From an uncultured Candidatus Saccharibacteria bacterium (GTDB lineage: Bacteria; Patescibacteriota; Minisyncoccia; Phycocordibacterales; UBA2100): a stretch of 64,000 nt of DNA. The position numbers and the translations under genes are program-made. The notes below the pieces were generated by a model. The model made no database searches, was not told where the DNA came from, and saw nothing but the letters and a program-made list of their open reading frames with translations. Below, piece after piece: positions 58,575 to 64,000 of the stretch; the stretch's first letter is position 1; each line of letters begins with the position of its first letter. The stretch spans positions 128,498-192,497 of the forward strand of contig CAYRHX010000001.1 in the NCBI GenBank assembly GCA_964424265.1. The letters run 5' to 3'.

Positions 58575-60193
58575 GCACGATCCGAGACGAGCTCAAGACA
58601 CTCATTGAACAGCGAGTGTTCTCCCGCTACAAAGACCTTGGCGAAGAAAAATGGATTTTCGATTTCCGCACCGTGAGCATGACCCGTGAGTTCATGGATC
58701 TGTATTCGCATGCTTTCTTCGAACACTTCAAAGGAGAAAAGGACGTCCAGATATGCGGACTTGAATCTGCGTCTATCCCTCTCGTCACGACACTCGTTTA
58801 TGCGTCGGAAGCGTTTGATGTAAAAGCAAACGGGCTTTTCATACGGAAAGGAAGAAAGAAGCACGATCTCCATAAGATTATTGAGGGTACGCCAAACAAA
58901 CAGCCCGTAATCCTCGTCGACGACATACTGAACACGGGGAAATCTATTGAAAAACAAATTGAAGTTTTAAAGAACGCCGGACTCACGGTCAGCGGCATAT
59001 TCTGCCTCGTGCGATTTCGAGACGAGTCGTTTTATGGTTTTTTGACCAAAGGTGAGATACCACTCACATCACTCTTCGAACTCAACGACTTCAAATCATC
59101 CCTCAACATCGAAAACCTTCAGAGAAAGAAAGAACTTCAGTCGCTCTCCTTCACCTACAAATGGGGATTCACTATTCCCGCCGATCTCGTCAACTATAAG
59201 AACGTCGCCCCGAAATCCGCGCCCGTGATATATCGAGATACGATACTTTTCGGCACGGACTCCGGCATATTCTATTGTTTGGATAAACGCACGGGAGACA
59301 CAATATGGACGTACAAAATCCTGTTTGGTGATCGTGGGAAAATGATCCATTCCTCCCCCGTCGTCCACAAGGACACCGTATACTTCGGCGCATACGACGG
59401 CAATTTCTACTCACTTGATGCGCGCACGGGAAAAAGAAAGTGGGTGTACATGGAGGCAGACTGGATAGGGTCTTCTCCTTGTGTCTCTGCAAAAGATAAT
59501 CTCGTATACGTCGGCCTGGAATTTGGCTTATGGAAAAAGAGGGGGGGCATAGTGGCACTAGACGCGAATACAGGCAAAGAAAAGTGGCGCGACACCCACA
59601 TCGGCCTCACGCACTGCTCACCATATGTCTCTCTAAAAAATAACCAGCTCTACTGCGGATCAAACGACGGGATCCTGCGAATATACAACGCACAAACGGG
59701 CGAGCATCTCAAGAATCACGTAATCGGTGCGCCCATACGACTCTCGTTTTCTGAAAATGATGCCGGCACCAAGATCGTCTTCGGGGCATTCGATAAGCAC
59801 TGCCATGTTGTCGACACGACCACGCTTGAGATCGTGGATAAACTCGAGACGCTCGAAGCAATATATTCCACTCCTCTGTGGATCGGCGAAACTATCATCG
59901 TCAATTCACTCGACAAAAGAGTCTATTCGTACGACGCGGTACATAAGAAACTGAACTGGACCTTTCTGACCAAAGGCAGGATCTTTAGTAATCCCGTATT
60001 AATTAAAGGATCGCTATTTGTAGGCTCAAATGACGGGGCTTTATATAAATTAGATCCAGAGACAGGCAAAGAAATCGGGCACATACAATTCCCCGAAAGA
60101 ATCGTGAACAAGGTGCTGTTCGATGAAGAAACTGGCTACACGTACATCCCTACGTTTGCCAACGAACTCCACTGTCTTTCCATTGTTCCATGA
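58571..60193 (+). CDS. fusion protein: N-terminal type I phosphoribosyltransferase-like domain + C-terminal PQQ-like beta-propeller repeats
   Basis: PRTase motif PVILVDDILNTGKSI. At least five repeats of the PQQ/BamB type (FYCLDKRTGDTIWTY, FYSLDARTGKRKWVY, VALDANTGKEKWRD, LRIYNAQTGEHLKNH, LYKLDPETGKEIGHI). Start overlaps the upstream gene stop (ATGA). Confidence 0.7.
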   Translation: MSTIRDELKTLIEQRVFSRYKDLGEEKWIFDFRTVSMTREFMDLYSHAFFEHFKGEKDVQICGLESASIPLVTTLVYASEAFDVKANGLFIRKGRKKHDLHKIIEGTPNKQPVILVDDILNTGKSIEKQIEVLKNAGLTVSGIFCLVRFRDESFYGFLTKGEIPLTSLFELNDFKSSLNIENLQRKKELQSLSFTYKWGFTIPADLVNYKNVAPKSAPVIYRDTILFGTDSGIFYCLDKRTGDTIWTYKILFGDRGKMIHSSPVVHKDTVYFGAYDGNFYSLDARTGKRKWVYMEADWIGSSPCVSAKDNLVYVGLEFGLWKKRGGIVALDANTGKEKWRDTHIGLTHCSPYVSLKNNQLYCGSNDGILRIYNAQTGEHLKNHVIGAPIRLSFSENDAGTKIVFGAFDKHCHVVDTTTLEIVDKLETLEAIYSTPLWIGETIIVNSLDKRVYSYDAVHKKLNWTFLTKGRIFSNPVLIKGSLFVGSNDGALYKLDPETGKEIGHIQFPERIVNKVLFDEETGYTYIPTFANELHCLSIVP

Positions 60194-60300
60194 GCGATTT
60201 GTGAGGACTGTACTATGATCATGGGGCGGTCCACGCCCGAAAGAGTCGCCCATGTATAGTGAGTAGTGCGCATCCGTCGCCAGATGCGCACTATCGAGGG

Positions 60301-60606
60301 TCAGAATGGGATCCCCATCCTAACCCTCCTTTCCCCCTCGTCGCACCACTCGCGTGGATTCTTTTTATCCTGGTTTGCCCGCAGGCAACCAGAATAGGAC
60401 CAGTTGGCATGGCCCTGTAGTTCCGGCCGCGCGGCCGGAACTACAATACCCTTCCCGGGGGGTCGTATAGTCCTCGCCTCCGGCGAGTCCCAATGGGGCC
60501 TCGCCGAAGGCGCCACCTGACCCCCGGTGGCGGGGGGGGTCTGGCCATAGGCCAGACCCGTCATCATGACGAGGGCGAAGAGCCCCGCCATAATTCTCTT
60601 TTTCAT
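60301..60606 (-). CDS. hypothetical signal-peptide ORF in an atypically GC-rich segment
   Basis: MKKRIMAGLFALVMMTGLAYGQ then Pro/Ala/Gly/Arg-rich sequence. Overlapped by a second-frame ORF. May not be coding. Confidence 0.3.
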   Translation of the reverse strand: MKKRIMAGLFALVMMTGLAYGQTPPATGGQVAPSARPHWDSPEARTIRPPGKGIVVPAARPELQGHANWSYSGCLRANQDKKNPREWCDEGERRVRMGIPF

Positions 60607-60840
60607 GGGTTTCTCCTTCTCCTCGTCCTTCGACCGCGGATGTGCGGCCTATCGTAAACGAGGCATCCGAACACAAATCGTATTATGTGCGCATGCCTCG
60701 CCCATAGGATCAGGCGGAGAAGTGTACCGTGGGATAATATGTCCAACCTGTCAAGGTGCTCTTTCGCCACTGTAGCCCCCCTCCACGCAATAGTCAAGCG
60801 CACCCTGAGCACATTCCCGAGAGCCGGAAGGCTTCGGGGT

Positions 60841-61221
60841 TTACATCATCTTCACGTCGATTGAGACGCCAGATGGAAGGTCGATATTGGTGAGAGCTTC
60901 GATCACCTTTGGCTCTGGATTCAAAATATCGATCATGCGCTTATGGATACGCATTTCAAATTGCTCGCGAGAATCTTTGTCGATGAAAGCAGCGCGGTTG
61001 ACCGTGTATTTCTTGATATCAATGGGGAGCGGGACGGGGCCGATGACTTCTGCGTTGTGCCGTGCAGCGACATCGATGATTTGCTTCACCGCACCATCAA
61101 GGACACCGTGCTCATAGGCACGCACGCGAATACGCAAGCGGCTTGGGCCCGCAGCTTTTTTGACAGCACGTGGAGCACGAGCCTTCACAGGAGCCTTGGT
61201 GACCTTTGATTCCGCTGTCAT
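60841..61221 (-). CDS. rpsJ: 30S ribosomal protein S10 (with basic N-terminal extension)
   Basis: LRIRVRAYEHGVLDGAVKQIIDVAARHNAEVIGPVPLP...FEMRIHKRMIDILNPEPKVIEALTNIDLPSGVSIDVK collinear with S10. Confidence 0.85.
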   Translation of the reverse strand: MTAESKVTKAPVKARAPRAVKKAAGPSRLRIRVRAYEHGVLDGAVKQIIDVAARHNAEVIGPVPLPIDIKKYTVNRAAFIDKDSREQFEMRIHKRMIDILNPEPKVIEALTNIDLPSGVSIDVKMM

Positions 61222-61301
61222 AGAACCCAGAGAGTATGCACTAGGGCCCCCAAAAAAGCAACCATTTGCACCCCTGCCGGCAAAACCAGCGATGTTGTGC
61301 G

Positions 61302-61649
61302 TTACTTACTTATATTCTGCCACTCCGACATTTCCATGACTTCGATTTTAGCTTCCGCCTCGAGTTCGTCGAAATGAGGACTATCTTGCATAAGCTTCGC
61401 CGCCGCATCGTGGGATTCCGCTTTCACAATCATGTAGCCGCCGATATCGTTGTGAGTATCGGTGACACCCCGCTTGGTCACTTGTTTCACTTTGCTTAAG
61501 GGAGCGCCGGGATCCACGATGTCGGCCTTATGCGCCTCCATCCACGAGTTCCACGCTTCCATCCCCTTCCTTTGTTCTTCTTTCGACATGCTCATCCACT
61601 TTTTAAATTGCTCCGGACTCGCCCTATACAGTACGAAAAACTTTTTCAT
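61302..61649 (-). CDS. hypothetical small protein (possible YciI/Dabb-like fold)
   Basis: 115 aa, MKKFFVLYRASPEQFKKWM... Family call tentative. Confidence 0.45.
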   Translation of the reverse strand: MKKFFVLYRASPEQFKKWMSMSKEEQRKGMEAWNSWMEAHKADIVDPGAPLSKVKQVTKRGVTDTHNDIGGYMIVKAESHDAAAKLMQDSPHFDELEAEAKIEVMEMSEWQNISK

Positions 61650-61745
61650 ATGATTTTTATTAAGGAATAAGTTTGTTGATTATACACCCGCACGGAGGAG
61701 AACTGAACAGCACCAGAAGACCCACCTCACAGTGGGTTTCTCTAG

Positions 61746-62732
61746 CTAGACCAACGAGATGAGGTCTTTCGGATCTTTTAGGACGGGGACGATACCCAAT
61801 TCGGTGCCGACACCGTTCTCGTGAAGCATGCGGAGCATTGAGAAGTCAGCGAGCGCGAAGCCTACGGAATCGAACACAATGATGCGATCTTTCTTGGTAC
61901 GCCCTGGCTTTGTACCCTGTACGATCTCCCAGACCTCGTCGTACGCAACAGTTCCCTTGAGGTTCTGGATCTCCCCTTCGCGCTTCGTTTGTTCGTAGAA
62001 TTCCACCACGATGCGACCATTGCGCATGACCTCTGGATCAAGTTCGGTTTTGCCTGGGCAATCTCCACCAATTGCGTTGATAAACAAGTGGTCATTCTCA
62101 GCTACGGAGGCGTACTTGAAGAGTCTCACTTTCTTCTTCTCGCAGATACACGTCGTGAGAATATCAACGCCTCGTACAACCTCATCGCCATTCTTGCACG
62201 CAACGAGCGTCACGCCACTCCCTTGCAGATTGCGTGCGAATTTTTTCATCGCTTTCGGATCGCGATCGTAGTAGCGAATAGTAGAAATGGGAAACACGCC
62301 GCGCATCGCATGTACTTGGAATTCTGATTGCGCACCGGTGCCGATAAGTCCGAGCACGCGCGAGTCCGCATGTGCGAGGTGTTTTGCGGCGATGGCAGAC
62401 ATGGCCGCAGTGCGTATTGCCGTGAGAATTGTCATGTCGGCTATGAGCTGCGGGTAGCCAGTCGCGATATCGGCGAGCATGCCGAGCGCAACGATCGAGA
62501 GTTTGCCTAGTGCAGGGTTACCAGGATGCGCATTCACGTATTTGTACGTGTAGTACTGATGATCGGCACATGGCATGAGCTCAAAAACTCCGTGCTTGTA
62601 ATGAGTCGCATGCCGAGCACTTTTCTTGAACGATTCCCACCGATGTAGGTCGGCTTCGAGATACGCGACACCCTTTTTGAAGAGCATATCGAGTTTTTGA
62701 CGAGAGATATCTGATGCAGTGACGATTTTCAT
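61746..62732 (-). CDS. ornithine cyclodeaminase/mu-crystallin family protein
   Basis: Rossmann LGLIGTGAQSEFQVHAM and overall OCD family layout. 328 aa. Confidence 0.8.
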   Translation of the reverse strand: MKIVTASDISRQKLDMLFKKGVAYLEADLHRWESFKKSARHATHYKHGVFELMPCADHQYYTYKYVNAHPGNPALGKLSIVALGMLADIATGYPQLIADMTILTAIRTAAMSAIAAKHLAHADSRVLGLIGTGAQSEFQVHAMRGVFPISTIRYYDRDPKAMKKFARNLQGSGVTLVACKNGDEVVRGVDILTTCICEKKKVRLFKYASVAENDHLFINAIGGDCPGKTELDPEVMRNGRIVVEFYEQTKREGEIQNLKGTVAYDEVWEIVQGTKPGRTKKDRIIVFDSVGFALADFSMLRMLHENGVGTELGIVPVLKDPKDLISLV

Positions 62733-62935
62733 AGGTTATGTGTGGGTTAGAAACTAAAAAAGCCCGCTTGCCGCGGACTTTGTCTGATGGAATAGGAGAC
62801 AAATTAGAAACGCGGCTGGTACATCGAATACAACTGCGGGACTGGCACCACATTTTCGTTGGAAATGTATATCGTATACGCATTCATACCTGTATTTTTG
62901 AGACTATCACGGGTATTTTTATCGTCAAATATCCA

Positions 62936-62966
62936 AAAAGAAAACCCGCCTTGCGGCGGGTCTTCT
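62936..62966 (-). terminator. rho-independent terminator downstream of tuf
   Basis: Minus-strand GAAGACCCGCCGCAAGGCGGGTTTTCTTTTT hairpin plus T-tract. Confidence 0.5.
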
Positions 62967-62988
62967 TGGCTCGAACCTTTGTTCGAAA

Positions 62989-64000
62989 TTAAGCAACAAC
63001 TTTTGTTACTACACCTGCGCCTACCGTTTTTCCTCCTTCGCGAATGGCGAAGCGCATCTGATCTTCGAGTGCGATTGGAGCAACCAATTTCACTTTGAAG
63101 GTGACGGTGTCGCCTGGCATAACCATCTCCACTCCCTCCTTGAGCGTTACCTCTCCGGTAACGTCTGTGGTGCGAACGTAGAATTGTGGTTTGTAGCCAG
63201 TGAAGAACGGTGTGTGACGACCGCCCTCTTCCTTGGTCAAAATGTAGACTTCGGATTCGAATTCGGTGTGCGGCTTCACTGAGGCTGGCTTGCAGAGCAC
63301 TTGTCCGCGGTGCACATCTTCTTTCTTTGTGCCGCGGAGAAGCACGCCCGCGTTGTCGCCTGCCTGACCTTGCTGGAGTGATTTGTTGAACATTTCGACA
63401 CCGGTGACTGTCGTCTTCGCCGTATCCTTGATACCGACGATTTCGATTTCTTCACCAACCTTCACGACGCCGCGCTCAATACGGCCCGTAACAACGGTGC
63501 CTCGGCCTTCGATCGAAAACACGTCTTCGATGGGCATAAGGAACGGCTTGTCGAGTTCACGCACTGGCTGTGGGATGTATTCGTCGAGCGCTTTCACAAG
63601 CTCCATGATCTTTGCGCTCCATTCATTGCCTGGCTCAGGCGACTCAAGCGCTTTCAAGCCAGAACCTCGGATGACCGGAGTATTTTTGCCGTCAAAGCCT
63701 TGCTTCTCGAGGAGCTCGCGGATCTCCTCTTCGACGAGATCGATGAGGTCTTTGTCGTCCACCTGATCTACTTTGTTCAAGAATACGATGACCTTGGGCA
63801 CTCCCACCTGCTTTGCAAGGAGGATGTGTTCACGCGTCTGAGGCATCACGCCGTCGGACGCTGCGACCACGAGGATAGCGCCGTCCATCTGGGCGGCACC
63901 CGTGATCATGTTTTTAATGTAGTCGGCGTGTCCGGGAGCGTCGACGTGCGCGTAGTGACGAGCTGGCGTCTCATACTCAGAGTGCGAGAGCGAAATCGTA
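62989..64000 (-). CDS. tuf: elongation factor Tu (3' portion; N-terminus beyond the window end)
   Basis: [34 protein letters not shown]...; domains II/III of EF-Tu. The ORF runs off the window end. Confidence 0.9.
   Translation of the reverse strand, partial: TISLSHSEYETPARHYAHVDAPGHADYIKNMITGAAQMDGAILVVAASDGVMPQTREHILLAKQVGVPKVIVFLNKVDQVDDKDLIDLVEEEIRELLEKQGFDGKNTPVIRGSGLKALESPEPGNEWSAKIMELVKALDEYIPQPVRELDKPFLMPIEDVFSIEGRGTVVTGRIERGVVKVGEEIEIVGIKDTAKTTVTGVEMFNKSLQQGQAGDNAGVLLRGTKKEDVHRGQVLCKPASVKPHTEFESEVYILTKEEGGRHTPFFTGYKPQFYVRTTDVTGEVTLKEGVEMVMPGDTVTFKVKLVAPIALEDQMRFAIREGGKTVGAGVVTKVVA

Noticed and set aside
62755-62790. Possible hairpin AAAAAAGCCCGCTTGCCGCGGAC upstream of the OCD-family gene
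   Set aside because: Only a 4-bp stem, no convincing U-tract in the relevant orientation, and no gene immediately upstream to terminate.

Overview
This window reads as a compact bacterial chromosome segment, almost certainly from a Candidate Phyla Radiation / Patescibacteria-type genome. The inference rests on a ribosomal-protein cluster with no L30 gene, a type-Z S14, many short genes, and several large secreted or surface proteins.

Core content:
- Long S10-spc ribosomal cluster on the minus strand (tuf ... rpsJ || rplC-rplD-rplW-rplB-rpsS-rplV-rpsC-rplP-rpmC-rpsQ-rplN-rplX-rplE-rpsN-rpsH-rplF-rplR-rpsE-rplO-secY-cmk-adk-map).
- infC-rpmI-rplT and smpB followed by a tmRNA gene.
- Housekeeping genes recG, ftsH, thrC, pyrC, purD, malic enzyme, ndk, a beta-CASP MBL RNase and two LOG-family genes.
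- tRNA-Ser(GCU), and a tRNA with a UAU anticodon lying next to a tRNA-like fragment.

Most unusual features:
1. A ~15 kb accessory island inserted exactly between rpsJ (S10) and rplC (L3). It carries a 2027-aa Gly-rich, Cys-repeat giant surface protein with near-identical ~670-bp tandem repeats. It also carries a TPR protein, two paralogous Cys/His-rich membrane-anchored proteins flanking an acidic small peptide, and a polytopic membrane protein translationally coupled to a PRTase-PQQ beta-propeller fusion.
2. A lexA gene with a perfect GAAC-N4-GTTC box, overlapping by ATGA a PemK/MazF-family toxin gene with no recognisable antitoxin, next to dinB.
3. A conserved AU-rich hairpin element present in three intergenic copies.
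4. A GC-rich cluster of palindromes at the S10-side edge of the island.

No CRISPR array, integrase, reverse transcriptase or rRNA was seen.
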